Virus record (IMG/VR): IMGVR_UViG_3300025715_000014
Coordinates: 32,001-96,000 of that record
Direction: 5' to 3' (one strand)
DNA length: 64,000 nucleotides
Origin: a virus
Taxonomy: Duplodnaviria; Caudoviricetes
In this document: positions 19,921-30,053 of the stretch, in pieces
How positions within the stretch are numbered: position 1 is the first letter of the stretch
Layout: each line of letters starts with the position of its first letter
Translations under genes and position numbers: made by a program
The notes under the pieces: model-generated
Seen by the model: only the letters and a program-made list of their open reading frames with translations
Databases searched by the model: none
What the model was told of the DNA's origin: nothing

Positions 19921-20679
19921 ATGGAAACTCTTATAAATTTTTTACTCGGACTGCCACCATACATTTATATTCCAATTCTTTCTCTTTTAGGTATCGCAGT
20001 TATTCTTCGGATCATAAAAACAGACTTCTATAACAGCAAAGAAAGAGACGAAACTTTTTGGGAATATATGACAGGGACTTTTTGGAGATTGAAAAGAAAG
20101 AAAGATAAGAAAAATATTAAAAAGGATTTTGATGACATCGAAAGAGAAAACAGAAAAAATGAGCTTCTTTCTAATGATTTTTTTGTTTCTTGTAATAAAT
20201 ATATTTCCGTTGATATACCTTCACTTGATTTTGGAGATGAAAAAAGAAATGAAGTTTTGAAGAGACTTTTCACGATATTTATAGAGACCTTTAAAGAGTC
20301 AGCAAAAAACACAATAAAAAACACTGATTTTGATAGGCTGTCAAATGATGATATAATGCTCAAATTTGATGAATCGATATTTATGTTTGATTCTAAACTT
20401 CGAAAAAATTTAATCGATTATTTAGGAGAAAAATTATATGATTTATTATATGACTCACCAAACGGTTTCAGGGAACAAGTAAAGCCAGCAAGAGTTTTTA
20501 TGATGGACGCCATAAACACCTTCCCTTGTCAGAAATCTAAAAAAATAAAAGACAATTACGAAAAAGTAGAAAACGTTTTATCAGCAATGGATTCTTCTTT
20601 ACATGTAGCTTTCATAATTTATGAAAAGGCTTTCAGAAGTTTTAATGGAAAGCTGACAGAGCTTTTAAAATATAGATGA
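19921..20679 (+). CDS. N-terminally membrane-anchored protein
   Basis: Hydrophobic residues ~4-31 followed by a soluble domain. Confidence 0.65.
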   Translation: METLINFLLGLPPYIYIPILSLLGIAVILRIIKTDFYNSKERDETFWEYMTGTFWRLKRKKDKKNIKKDFDDIERENRKNELLSNDFFVSCNKYISVDIPSLDFGDEKRNEVLKRLFTIFIETFKESAKNTIKNTDFDRLSNDDIMLKFDESIFMFDSKLRKNLIDYLGEKLYDLLYDSPNGFREQVKPARVFMMDAINTFPCQKSKKIKDNYEKVENVLSAMDSSLHVAFIIYEKAFRSFNGKLTELLKYR

Positions 20680-20730
20680 AAAATAAATAATATATAATGA
20701 AAAATAAATAATATATAATGAAAAATAATA
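20677..20730 (+). repeat. 21-bp tandem repeat duplicating a TATATA promoter box
   Basis: (tgaaaaataaataatatataa)x2 plus a partial third copy. Confidence 0.75.
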
Positions 20731-20733
20731 ACA

Positions 20734-21237
20734 TTGATTATGAAAACAATGAGGACATTTGAGGAATTCGATTTTAAAAATATTTTTAATCGAAAAGAAG
20801 ATAAAAAGGAAAAAGAAAATTGGGACTTTGATGACGCTCACGTCGCTGAACCTGAACCAGAAGAACCTAAAAAAGATGATGAATATTTTGATAAATTATT
20901 TGATAAAATAAAAAATAGTTTTGATCCCGATAAACTAAATGAATTTGGTATTGGAGATCTTGGATATTCTATTGGGAAATATTTAATCCTTGTTCGTCGG
21001 CATTGGCAACAATCTGGCGCAGCGGTTCTTCGAGGGCGACACATAATACACAACGATAAACAAAACTATGATATTTTTGTAAAAACACATGGTCGAACTT
21101 TTGAAATATCTGTGTCAAAAGAAAAAAAGAAAAAACTCTTTTATTTTCTAAAAGATAAATGTGAATCAAAAAGAATTGATTTTGAAGAAGATATTAAAAG
21201 AAAACTTTTAGAGGAAAGATTAAAGTATAAAAAATAA
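20734..21237 (+). CDS. putative internal head protein
   Basis: Leader MKTMRTFEEF. Confidence 0.65.
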   Translation: MIMKTMRTFEEFDFKNIFNRKEDKKEKENWDFDDAHVAEPEPEEPKKDDEYFDKLFDKIKNSFDPDKLNEFGIGDLGYSIGKYLILVRRHWQQSGAAVLRGRHIIHNDKQNYDIFVKTHGRTFEISVSKEKKKKLFYFLKDKCESKRIDFEEDIKRKLLEERLKYKK

Positions 21238-21252
21238 TTATGATATAAAAAC

Positions 21253-21309
21253 ATTTAAATAAAATGGGGGGGGGGACGAAATAGTCCCCCCCCCCCATTT
21301 TATTTAAAT
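21253..21309. terminator. long inverted repeat with G10/C11 core between convergent genes
   Basis: atttaaataaaat-G10-ac gaaata gt-C11-attttatttaaat. Confidence 0.75.
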
Positions 21310-21363
21310 ATTTTATCCAATATCAAATTTTCCAATTTTTAATAAAGTTTAAATTATTTTTAT

Positions 21364-22197
21364 TTATTCCTCGACCGGATATAAAGGATCGGGCATCGAA
21401 GTTCTTGGATCAGTTGATTGATAATCAGGTGTGTTTATGTTTTCAGGAACAACGCGTTCTCTTAGTGCTTTCATATCATAAATATAATCCTCCCAATAAA
21501 CACGTTTTATTTTTTCAAAATCCTCATTATAACAATTTATGTTATCTGTATCTACTTTCCATATTGGATAGTATCCACGAACTGTTAAAGGAAATTTTAT
21601 ATTTCGAGTTTTATCAGATGTCAAATCCGCTTCTTGTGGTATAGTTATAGTTTTATCGTCAGGTAGAGTTAAAACAAGATCGATTTTTATACCAAAATAA
21701 TTCATACTGAAAAAATAGTAGTTAAAGAACAAATTCATAATTTTCTCGCTACAAACAAGAACATCTCTGTAACTATCCGCTAATTTTATTTCAACTTCAA
21801 AGTTCATAGACATTGGAACAGCTTTAACTTTTGTGATTATTCTTTTATATTCATTATGTATTTTTGTATCTTTTGGTATATAGATATTTGGGTTGGCATA
21901 TTCGTCTGAAACCGAATTAAATGACGTTAAAGAGATGATCCCTCTGGGTATCATATCTGTATTCAACTCAACTCGAGTGTCTGTTATATCGTCTAAAAAT
22001 GAGTCTAGAAGGAACCTCTCCTGTCCGAACATTTTATATGTTATTGGCACGGTAACGCATCTTTTCTCATCTTTGAAATAATTTATCCATCTAATAGCTT
22101 TGTTCATCGTGCGAGCAAGTGCCACGATAACCATTCTAAAATAAACATCATCAAAATTGAATTGATGTCCGATATCACCTAAAGTCTCACCTTTCAT
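21364..22197 (-). CDS. tail terminator / sheath stabiliser (T4 gp15-like)
   Basis: VPITY..ERFL..IPRG..VPMSMNFEVEI pattern. Confidence 0.7.
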   Translation of the reverse strand: MKGETLGDIGHQFNFDDVYFRMVIVALARTMNKAIRWINYFKDEKRCVTVPITYKMFGQERFLLDSFLDDITDTRVELNTDMIPRGIISLTSFNSVSDEYANPNIYIPKDTKIHNEYKRIITKVKAVPMSMNFEVEIKLADSYRDVLVCSEKIMNLFFNYYFFSMNYFGIKIDLVLTLPDDKTITIPQEADLTSDKTRNIKFPLTVRGYYPIWKVDTDNINCYNEDFEKIKRVYWEDYIYDMKALRERVVPENINTPDYQSTDPRTSMPDPLYPVEE

Positions 22198-22297
22198 TTG
22201 AAAATCTTTTTATTATATATATTGATTATTGGATTGTAAAAAAAATTTTTTTATTCTAACATTTGTTTTATCTTTGTAACTTAAAAAATAAAAAAAT

Positions 22298-22621
22298 ATG
22301 GGAACAATTACTTTTGTAGTAACATTAATTTTGCTTCTTTCATTTTTCATAATTACTTGGAAAATAATCAAAAAAGAATGGTTTAGAAATCTTAAAAAAG
22401 ATGATGTGGTCTCAGTGACTATCTATTCTGAAAATTGTCAATGTGAAGTTGGGGCTACAGTCGTTAATCCTGTTGACGATGATGACACAATAGAAGTTAG
22501 AATTTCGAAAGAAAATCTCGACAAATGTAGAAATTGTGCTGAAATAAAAGGATATAATGATAAGGGTGAGATGACCTGTTGGTATAATGTTAAATTTTTT
22601 AAATCCTGTGATGTAAGATGA
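22298..22621 (+). CDS. membrane-anchored hypothetical protein
   Basis: N-terminal TM segment; TATCTTTG box at 22269. Confidence 0.6.
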   Translation: MGTITFVVTLILLLSFFIITWKIIKKEWFRNLKKDDVVSVTIYSENCQCEVGATVVNPVDDDDTIEVRISKENLDKCRNCAEIKGYNDKGEMTCWYNVKFFKSCDVR

Positions 22622-23091
22622 AAAAAATAATTTCTTTTTTGATTTTTATGTTTATTGCTGTGCTCGGTCACGGGCAACAAAAAATAGCTTTTTTAGAATC
22701 AAATTGTTACTCAGTGGATTATGGTGGAACGATAGTGGAAAATATTTATAAACCATCTAAAATCACTCTTTATTCTGATAAAATAAAAATAAGTTATTAT
22801 GACAGACTAATTCCAACCATCATAAATCTAAAAGATATGAAGATTTGCGATGATGGAAATTGTGTTGTTATTACCGCTCTAATAGATAAGAAATCGAAGC
22901 ATGATAGATATCTGACATATTGTTTTTTAAAAAAAGGAGGAGGATGTAGTTTTTTAGAAGTAGAATATGAGAAATATTCTAAAATAATAAAAATCGAGTC
23001 TTCAAAGTCACTCATCAATTGTTTCTCAATAATTTTAGACCATTCAAAATTAATGGAATATAATGAGATATTTTTAAATTTTGTAATGTAA
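22618..23091 (+). CDS. secreted hypothetical protein
   Basis: Signal peptide MKKIISFLIFMFIAVLGHG-Q. Confidence 0.6.
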   Translation: MKKIISFLIFMFIAVLGHGQQKIAFLESNCYSVDYGGTIVENIYKPSKITLYSDKIKISYYDRLIPTIINLKDMKICDDGNCVVITALIDKKSKHDRYLTYCFLKKGGGCSFLEVEYEKYSKIIKIESSKSLINCFSIILDHSKLMEYNEIFLNFVM

Positions 23092-23092
23092 A

Positions 23093-23590
23093 ATGAAGAT
23101 TATTTTCTTGGATATCGATGGCGTTTTAAATGTCATACCACAAGGTTATGATAAATATGGTGGAGAATTTCATGAGCATTTTGTTGAAAATCTTCGTCAT
23201 ATTATTGATGAAACTGACGCTAAAATAGTTATAACCAGCTCGTGGCGATATGAAGGATTGGATACTATGCGTAATATGTGGGCGGACAGAAATTTACCAG
23301 GAGAAATTCTTGACATAACACCCAATGAAGTTTTTTTGGTTAAAAAAGCAAAATTATTCGAACATTATGATGAAATCGATAGAGGACACGAAATAAAATA
23401 TTGGCTTGATAACCACGCTGACGTAGAAAGTTATGTCATATTGGACGATGATTCTGATATGTTAAAGGAACAAATGGATAATTTCGTAAGATGTAGTGGA
23501 AATCGAACCCATCCAGATTCTGTCGATATTGGATATGGTTTAACAAGAATTTGTGCTGAAAAAGCTATTAATATACTTAAAGGAAAATAA
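23093..23590 (+). CDS. HAD-family phosphatase (Swiss-army-knife RNA-repair type)
   Basis: IIFLDIDGVLN, IVITSSWR, RGHEI, YVILDDD. Confidence 0.85.
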   Translation: MKIIFLDIDGVLNVIPQGYDKYGGEFHEHFVENLRHIIDETDAKIVITSSWRYEGLDTMRNMWADRNLPGEILDITPNEVFLVKKAKLFEHYDEIDRGHEIKYWLDNHADVESYVILDDDSDMLKEQMDNFVRCSGNRTHPDSVDIGYGLTRICAEKAINILKGK

Positions 23591-23594
23591 AATT

Positions 23595-24071
23595 ATGAAA
23601 AAGATATTATTAATTTTAACTTTTTTATTATTAACTTTGTGCTCGTTTTCACAGGTTAGAGTATATTATGAATCATCTAGTAATTATAGTGATATTATTT
23701 GCACTGTGGATGATAATAGGGTATATAGAGGCACATCTGAAAGTTATGGAGACATTTTATGTAATATACAAGGCAATAGGATATATAGGGGGTCTTCATC
23801 AAGTTATTCTGACATATTATTTAATGTTGAAAAACATAGAGTTTATAAAGGAGCAACAAAAGACTATTCAAAGATTTTTATGACAATTACAGATGGTAAA
23901 ATATACAAAGGAGCTGAAGAAACTTATTCTTACATAATAGCCACCATAGTAAATGATTGCGTTTATGAGGGGGCGTCAACAAACTACTTAGATAAAAAAT
24001 TTACTATGAATGGATTTTTAACAATAGAAGAATTTGTCGCTGTTTGGTATGTTGTCAATTATGTTTATTAA
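23595..24071 (+). CDS. secreted beta-repeat protein
   Basis: Signal peptide from MKKILL; about 6 repeats of RVY.G.S..YSDIL. Confidence 0.7.
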   Translation: MKKILLILTFLLLTLCSFSQVRVYYESSSNYSDIICTVDDNRVYRGTSESYGDILCNIQGNRIYRGSSSSYSDILFNVEKHRVYKGATKDYSKIFMTITDGKIYKGAEETYSYIIATIVNDCVYEGASTNYLDKKFTMNGFLTIEEFVAVWYVVNYVY

Positions 24072-24103
24072 AAAGTTATAAATAAAAAGAAAGGAAAAAA
24101 AAA

Positions 24104-24259
24104 ATGATTGATAGAAGTAAATTTTACAAGAAACCAATGAGATTTGGGGCACAAACCTTATATCAAAGCTGGACTTTAGGAAAAATAAGTTTAGATCATT
24201 GGAAAAAATTTGACGAAAATGCTAGTAGCGGCAAAGGATTTATGGTCGGAGAGTTTTAA
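24104..24259 (+). CDS. small hypothetical protein, 51 aa (not in ORF track)
   Basis: MIDRSKFYKKPMRFG...GFMVGEF; stops just before the ATG at 24261. Confidence 0.5.
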   Translation: MIDRSKFYKKPMRFGAQTLYQSWTLGKISLDHWKKFDENASSGKGFMVGEF

Positions 24260-24260
24260 A

Positions 24261-24713
24261 ATGGACATAGGTTCAGGAAACGGTTATCCATCAAGTGCTT
24301 TGAGCAATTTTGCTCCGCATCCATTTGAAATAGATGGTGTTAAATGTAACAGTATGGAAGGATTTTTGCAAAGTTTGAAATTCAAATCCACTGAAATGCA
24401 GGAATATGTATGTACTTTAGTTGGATATGCCGCGAAGAAAAAAGGATCTCAAAAAAATTGGCAATCAGACCAAATTTTATATTGGCAAGGAAAAGAAATA
24501 GATCGTCATTCAAAAGAATATCAAGATTTGCTAGATAAGGCGTATGAAAGATTATATAAGAATGAAAAATTTAGAGCCGCTTTAGAATCATCTGGTAATT
24601 CGGTTTTAACGCATTCAATTGGAAAAAATGATCCATCGAGAACAGTTTTAACTAGAACTGAATTTTGTTCTAGATTAATGAAATTACGAAAATATGGTAC
24701 TTTAAAAAAATGA
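24261..24713 (+). CDS. NADAR-family protein (T4 gp30.3-like)
   Basis: MDIGSG.GYPSSALSNFAPHPF.IDG..CNSMEGFLQSLKF; LYWQG; LTHSIGK. Confidence 0.8.
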   Translation: MDIGSGNGYPSSALSNFAPHPFEIDGVKCNSMEGFLQSLKFKSTEMQEYVCTLVGYAAKKKGSQKNWQSDQILYWQGKEIDRHSKEYQDLLDKAYERLYKNEKFRAALESSGNSVLTHSIGKNDPSRTVLTRTEFCSRLMKLRKYGTLKK

Positions 24714-24717
24714 TAAA

Positions 24718-25596
24718 ATGAGAAGATTCATAAAAACTTTGAACAAAATCTTATATGATAAAAATGATTATCATTTAGATCCTATTTTAAAATCAGAAGT
24801 TGAGACATCTGAATATCTTATTCAGCAAACCATTGAATATGAGAAAAGGATATTATTTAAGAAAATAAAATATTTCGTGAAATATGATAAATTATTCTTG
24901 CTCAGAGTGTTGGCCAAATATCTATTAAAATTGGTTCTGGGGATAGCTTTTCTCGCGATAATGGTTTATGGATTGGCTGTTATTTTTAATTTGGATGTCA
25001 ATTTTAAAAAGGTTCCAAGATTAGAAAAACTCAGCACTCCAATTTATATTCTATCAACTGGTAATCCAACAAGGGATGAAATGAGATTAAAAGATTATAA
25101 AAGAAATTTTGGTAATAATGCCGTTTATGTTTTTTATTATGATGTAGACTCAACTAAAAATTATAATAAATGGAAAGAGGATCTAGCTGGTATAGAATCG
25201 CAGGGATGGGGAAATCCATATGAAGCTCGAAGGGAAGGCAGTCAATATTGGGGAAAATTTCAATTTGGTGAATCAGCTAGAAAAACAATTGGTTTCGATA
25301 AAATAGAATGGGATGAATGGAAGAGCGTACCAGAGATACAAGAAGCTGGCATGAAACTTTGGACTCGTTATCTTTATAATAATCTGAAGAAAGACATCGA
25401 TAAATTTGATGGAAAATTTTTAAATGGATGGATTGTCACAGAATCAGGTATCATAGCAATGGCTCATAATGTTGGACCAGAATCAACCCGCAAATTTCTT
25501 TATAGCTATGGGAAATTTATACCAAAAGATGGTAGTGGAAAAGATGCAACGAGATTTTTAATTTTAGGAAATTATGATTTAAAAAACTTAAAATAA
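24718..25596 (+). CDS. membrane-anchored lysozyme-like protein
   Basis: TM segment, then IES..YWGKFQFG..PEIQE..TESGIIAMAH. Confidence 0.6.
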   Translation: MRRFIKTLNKILYDKNDYHLDPILKSEVETSEYLIQQTIEYEKRILFKKIKYFVKYDKLFLLRVLAKYLLKLVLGIAFLAIMVYGLAVIFNLDVNFKKVPRLEKLSTPIYILSTGNPTRDEMRLKDYKRNFGNNAVYVFYYDVDSTKNYNKWKEDLAGIESQGWGNPYEARREGSQYWGKFQFGESARKTIGFDKIEWDEWKSVPEIQEAGMKLWTRYLYNNLKKDIDKFDGKFLNGWIVTESGIIAMAHNVGPESTRKFLYSYGKFIPKDGSGKDATRFLILGNYDLKNLK

Positions 25597-25621
25597 TTAA
25601 ACAATATGAAGAAAACTTATT

Positions 25622-25901
25622 ATGAACTACTGCGATATCGTAGTTTCGTTAAAAAGGTTATACTTTTTAACAACCCCTGAAATATCAAGAGGCTTCCATC
25701 CAGATTGATTAAAAGTAATTGAATGGAAATAATCATTTTCAATTTTTTTTGGTGGTCTTGCTGTTTTATCTTTTTTGATAAGCCTGAAAAATGATTGATA
25801 TGAACCATATAATTCAGTTGAAATGGTTTGAGCGGCTTTAGAATTTATAATTTATTTATCTGTTCTTTTGATGGAAACAATCTTATTTGATAACTTTTCA
25901 T
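25622..25901 (-). mobile_element. internally deleted TnpB element remnant retaining a right end
   Basis: MKSYQIRLFPSKEQINKL start; SYQSFFRLIKKDKTARPPK fragment; end gaaactacgatatcgcagtagttcat resembles the right end at 17849-17883. Confidence 0.7.
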
Positions 25902-25970
25902 TTTTACAACTTTTCTTTACTACAAATATATATAAATAATGAAAAGTCACTTTTTTCTAAAAATAATTAA

Positions 25971-26486
25971 ATGATAGTTTTATTTAGACACGGGGAATGT
26001 GAACACAACATCGAGAATCGATTTAGTTGTAGTATCAACTCAAAATCTTCTTTGACCAATAATGGTATGAAAATGGTCGAAGAATTTTCAAATAAGTTAA
26101 AACAAGTAATAGATAAAGATAACATAAAGATTTATTCATCACCTTTGCTTCGAGCCGAACAAACAGCATTAATAATATCAGATGTCTTGGACTATTTCAA
26201 GAACATTATTTTTGATGATAGATTGAAAGAAGTTTATATGGGGAATTTCGATGAAAGACCAGTTAACGAATTTAAATATAATATTTATGATCTAAGTCAT
26301 TTTTCAGAATATGGAGGAGAATCTTATGATGATGTCAATAATAGATTAAATTCTTTTTTAAATGAAATAGATAATAGCAAAATCAATATCATTGTTTCAC
26401 ATGCTCTTCCTCTAAGACAAATGAACAAAATTCTAACTGGCAACGAAGATAAAATAAAGGTTTCTAACTATATAATAATCAACTAA
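25971..26486 (+). CDS. histidine phosphatase (phosphoglycerate mutase family)
   Basis: RHGE, SSPLLRAEQTA, RLKE, GGES, VSH. Confidence 0.9.
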   Translation: MIVLFRHGECEHNIENRFSCSINSKSSLTNNGMKMVEEFSNKLKQVIDKDNIKIYSSPLLRAEQTALIISDVLDYFKNIIFDDRLKEVYMGNFDERPVNEFKYNIYDLSHFSEYGGESYDDVNNRLNSFLNEIDNSKINIIVSHALPLRQMNKILTGNEDKIKVSNYIIIN

Positions 26487-26503
26487 AAAAAAAATTAATA
26501 TAA

Positions 26504-26902
26504 ATGGTAAAAAATTTTGACAAGTGGATAAGAGCAGATAAAGTTATAATTAATATCTTTTTATGTTATTATAATGAATCTCAAAAAGACAACAAATGGA
26601 CAAATCGTCTTAAAAAGTTTAAAGAGTTGAAAGGAGTTGATTGGTGGGTAAAACCACAAGCTGGCCACCATCTTGGCTTAGCATATCAATCTATATTAAA
26701 TACCGATAGCATTGATGAAGCTAAAAATATCGCTGAATACATATTCGATGAATTCAATAAAGACATTTTGATAGTTTTATCCAAACAAAATGTAAGGAAC
26801 TTTGAGCCAGTGGGAATGAATAATGATGAGGGTTTCACTGAATGTGGAAGAGCTTTTGACAAACTAGTTAGAGAAAAAGAGAAAGGAATTTTTGTAGTAT
26901 GA
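26504..26902 (+). CDS. hypothetical protein
   Basis: 132-aa ORF after a TATATA box. Confidence 0.6.
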   Translation: MVKNFDKWIRADKVIINIFLCYYNESQKDNKWTNRLKKFKELKGVDWWVKPQAGHHLGLAYQSILNTDSIDEAKNIAEYIFDEFNKDILIVLSKQNVRNFEPVGMNNDEGFTECGRAFDKLVREKEKGIFVV

Positions 26903-26910
26903 TTTGGGAT

Positions 26911-26946
26911 TAAAAAAAGTTGAATGAAAAATTCAACTTTTTTTTT
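26911..26946 (+). terminator. intrinsic terminator
   Basis: aaaaaaagttgaat-gaaaa-attcaactttttt. Confidence 0.65.
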
Positions 26947-26960
26947 AATATATAGAGAAT

Positions 26961-27170
26961 ATGAAGATTTTTAAATTTGACATATTCGAACAAGCTTTAC
27001 CTAGAGAGTCTAGTGTGAAACAAATGAAGAAGTTGAGAAAATTAGCTGGTAAGGATATTGGTGATAAGACTACAAAGAAAAAAAGGAAAACAGCTAACTT
27101 TATAAAAGCTAATAATCCACTAGACAAAAAAGTAGATACTTATGAAAAGTTTGTAAAAAATAAGAAATAG
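26961..27170 (+). CDS. basic putative internal head protein
   Basis: Leader MKIFKFDIFEQ; ends in TAG. Confidence 0.6.
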   Translation: MKIFKFDIFEQALPRESSVKQMKKLRKLAGKDIGDKTTKKKRKTANFIKANNPLDKKVDTYEKFVKNKK

Positions 27171-27175
27171 GAAAA

Positions 27176-27790
27176 ATGAAAAAATTATTAAGATTCAACA
27201 AATTTAACGAAAGTCTTATAAACGATAATGGTGATAGCAACTTTAAAAACACCAAAGTCACAGATCTAGTGACGATGTATAACGACGACATAGTGAAAGT
27301 TATAAGCAACACATTTGAGTCTAAAACAATTTCCAATAATCCTGATTGGACCATCGTTGAATCAAAATGGGAAATTTTAGATAAAGAAAGGGAAATGAAC
27401 AAATTGATGTTCAAAGATTTCTTGAACGAAAAATTTAAAGTATATTTTCATATCGCTTATGATGATTTCGTTGTTGTTAGAGGTAATGATAGAGAATTAG
27501 AAAAATATTTAGAAGAAATAAAAATTGAAGATGATAGAATTTATAATAGCAATGAAAGAAACGGGGGGAGTCTTATTCTCAACGGAAAAAATTTCTATTA
27601 TTTATATTACGCGTTTAGGCCATTAGAAAAGAACAGAGATTTTATTAGAGAAAACGGTGAATATTATACTTTAAATAGTATGGGATGCGATGTAGACATA
27701 AGATTAGATAATAGTTGTCTACAATATTTTTCAGATTTATTAATAGGAACCCAAATACAAATCCAGAATAAAGAAAAATTAAGAAAATGA
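27176..27790 (+). CDS. putative internal head protein
   Basis: Leader MKKLLRFNKFNES; internal second copy MFKDFLNE. Confidence 0.65.
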   Translation: MKKLLRFNKFNESLINDNGDSNFKNTKVTDLVTMYNDDIVKVISNTFESKTISNNPDWTIVESKWEILDKEREMNKLMFKDFLNEKFKVYFHIAYDDFVVVRGNDRELEKYLEEIKIEDDRIYNSNERNGGSLILNGKNFYYLYYAFRPLEKNRDFIRENGEYYTLNSMGCDVDIRLDNSCLQYFSDLLIGTQIQIQNKEKLRK

Positions 27791-27950
27791 AATATTCAAC
27801 AATGAAGATAAAATTCTTACATTTCATTGGCTTGTTGCTAGTAATGGCAAGTTTACAAATGAGTTATGTATAGATGAATTGTCTTTTAAAAATGTCGATA
27901 TAAATACAGTTAAAGATTTAATATATAGATAAAAAATAATCACTATAAAA

Positions 27951-28535
27951 ATGAAAGTAAAAAATTTTAAAAACTTTTTAAATGAAAACAATATGGGTAA
28001 AGGAGTTGGTGGGGATACAACATTTTTCAATCCGTTACCAACACCCAAACAAACAACAAATCAGCCCAACCAAACATTGGATTTGCTCAGAATAGGTAAG
28101 CAAATAAAAACTGAAAATATAGATGGTTTTATTGATAGTGTTCAAAACGAAAAGGTTTTAATATCTGATAGAATGACCGGAATAATAAAATCCTATTCTT
28201 TGAAAGAATTTTTTAGTGAAATATCTAAAGCTGATAAAAAAAGAGGAAAACTTAATGAAAAAGTTAGTTCGATTGTCACAAACGATGAAGACATTGATGA
28301 TGACGAAAAAACAATTGAAGGTGATGTTTTAGAAGACCAGCCTCTTGATGGCGACACATTGAGTGAATCATTTAATGATGAATTTGATAATTATAGAATC
28401 GAAGACACTACACAACAAGAAGAAGAGGAAGAGGAAGAGGAAGAGGAAGAGGAATTCAATGTATCTGTGCCCGAGCCAAAACGTTTTAGAGGAACAGAAG
28501 ATAATCCTGACGGAAAACCGAGCGAATTATTATAA
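27951..28535 (+). CDS. acidic putative internal head protein with poly-Glu run
   Basis: Leader MKVKNFKNFLNEN; (GAAGAG)n tract at ~28418-28453. Confidence 0.65.
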   Translation: MKVKNFKNFLNENNMGKGVGGDTTFFNPLPTPKQTTNQPNQTLDLLRIGKQIKTENIDGFIDSVQNEKVLISDRMTGIIKSYSLKEFFSEISKADKKRGKLNEKVSSIVTNDEDIDDDEKTIEGDVLEDQPLDGDTLSESFNDEFDNYRIEDTTQQEEEEEEEEEEEEFNVSVPEPKRFRGTEDNPDGKPSELL

Positions 28536-28583
28536 AAGAGTTTCAAAAAATATATTAATATATACAATAAAAAATATCGTAAA

Positions 28584-28796
28584 ATGAAACATTTAAAGAA
28601 ATATGGAGAGATAAACGAAAACATCGTCCCACAATGTAAAATAAAGAAAGTTAGATGTTTAGAATGTGGTGAAAAAGTTTGTGATAATACTGATCAACTT
28701 TTGTGGCACCTTTATAATAAACATTTTAAAAAATCTACTGTGAATGAATGGGAAGAAAAAATATTACTGAAGAAATATTTTGGTAAAATTGGATAA
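28584..28796 (+). CDS. small C2H2 zinc-finger-like protein with head leader
   Basis: MKHLKKYGEINEN; CLECG...HLYNKH. Confidence 0.65.
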   Translation: MKHLKKYGEINENIVPQCKIKKVRCLECGEKVCDNTDQLLWHLYNKHFKKSTVNEWEEKILLKKYFGKIG

Positions 28797-28816
28797 TTAA
28801 AAAAAAATTATAAAAA

Positions 28817-29242
28817 ATGAAAAATTTGAAAAACTATGATATTTTTATCAATGAAGGGTTTCTGAGCAGAATGAAAGATGTGTTTAAAAGTCCAAGAAAA
28901 TTAAGAGATGAAGTTAAATCGGAAATGAATATTCAGAAAGAATATGATGAGCTAACAACAGCCGAAAAAATAATTTTATATTCTTTTTTGGAAGTTAAGA
29001 GTTTCTCTAAGAGTATATTATCACCATCAAATGCTGGTTCATCCCATATAACTAGACATTTAACAGCTATTGAAACAGCTTTAATGATAGAGGGGTATGT
29101 GAAAGTTGGGCAAAAATCGGATACTCCTATAATGAAGGATGCTGAAATGTATTTGAAAGATAGGGGTATAATCAAGTGGTTAAAAAAAATTCTATTAGAA
29201 AAATTCAAAAATCGATACCAAGTTATCGATTTTTTTTTTTGA
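28817..29242 (+). CDS. putative internal head protein
   Basis: Leader MKNLKNYDIFINEG. Confidence 0.65.
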   Translation: MKNLKNYDIFINEGFLSRMKDVFKSPRKLRDEVKSEMNIQKEYDELTTAEKIILYSFLEVKSFSKSILSPSNAGSSHITRHLTAIETALMIEGYVKVGQKSDTPIMKDAEMYLKDRGIIKWLKKILLEKFKNRYQVIDFFF

Positions 29243-29283
29243 ACAAAAATTATTAATATATAAAGAAAAAAATATAAAATATT

Positions 29284-29631
29284 ATGAAATCAAAAATCAA
29301 ATCATTTAAAGAATTGTTCGAAGCATCAAGTAATCTCGAGTATTATGAAGTTGAAATAAATGGTATACCATTTAGAGTTGGTGGATATTATGAAAAAGAA
29401 GAGAAAGAAGTGCTTTATTATCCTGACGGATCGGGACAACCTGGCTATCCATCATCTTTTGATATTATTGAAATATACACCAGAAACGAAAGTGAAAAGG
29501 AAGACAAGGTTGATGATGATTATCTAAGAGAACTTGGAGTCACGAAAGAAGAATTGGAAAGTGCTGTTTTAGAGCAAATTGAAGGCGGGGATGAATGGGA
29601 TTATAAAGAAGATCTTGTTGATGATTTATAA
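29284..29631 (+). CDS. putative internal head protein
   Basis: Leader MKSKIKSFKELFEA. Confidence 0.65.
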   Translation: MKSKIKSFKELFEASSNLEYYEVEINGIPFRVGGYYEKEEKEVLYYPDGSGQPGYPSSFDIIEIYTRNESEKEDKVDDDYLRELGVTKEELESAVLEQIEGGDEWDYKEDLVDDL

Positions 29632-29648
29632 AACATGAAAGAAAAATC

Positions 29649-30053
29649 ATGAAACATTTAAAACTATATGAAGAGATCCTTTTTTCTAAAAATAGAAAAT
29701 TGTATAATACAATATTGAATTATATAAAAAGCATAGATCCTGGTTCTATTCAATATGAAGAAGTGCTTAGTTATTCAACATCAGATGATTATATATATTC
29801 TTTCATTATAAAAAATAGAGAAAACATGGATGTGAGTGAAGATGATCCGTGGAGTGAAGAAATAAATAAAAATGACAAGACTGTGGTCATAGCCAAAAGT
29901 GAATCTTATTTACCACCTGGTTTTGAATATTATATTCTTATAAATAATGAAACACAAAATCTATATCAACACGAAATTAAAAATTTATACAACAAGTTAA
30001 GAAAAAAATATTTAGAAGACAAGGAACAGTATGAAGCATTTAAAACTATATGA
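29649..30053 (+). CDS. putative internal head protein, tandem paralog A
   Basis: MKHLKLYEE leader; DDPWSEE. Confidence 0.7.
   Translation: MKHLKLYEEILFSKNRKLYNTILNYIKSIDPGSIQYEEVLSYSTSDDYIYSFIIKNRENMDVSEDDPWSEEINKNDKTVVIAKSESYLPPGFEYYILINNETQNLYQHEIKNLYNKLRKKYLEDKEQYEAFKTI

Noticed and set aside
25607-25680. DnaJ-like start MKKTYYELL disrupted by the IS remnant
   Set aside because: Too short, partly formed by IS sequence, and no J-domain remainder is found on the other side
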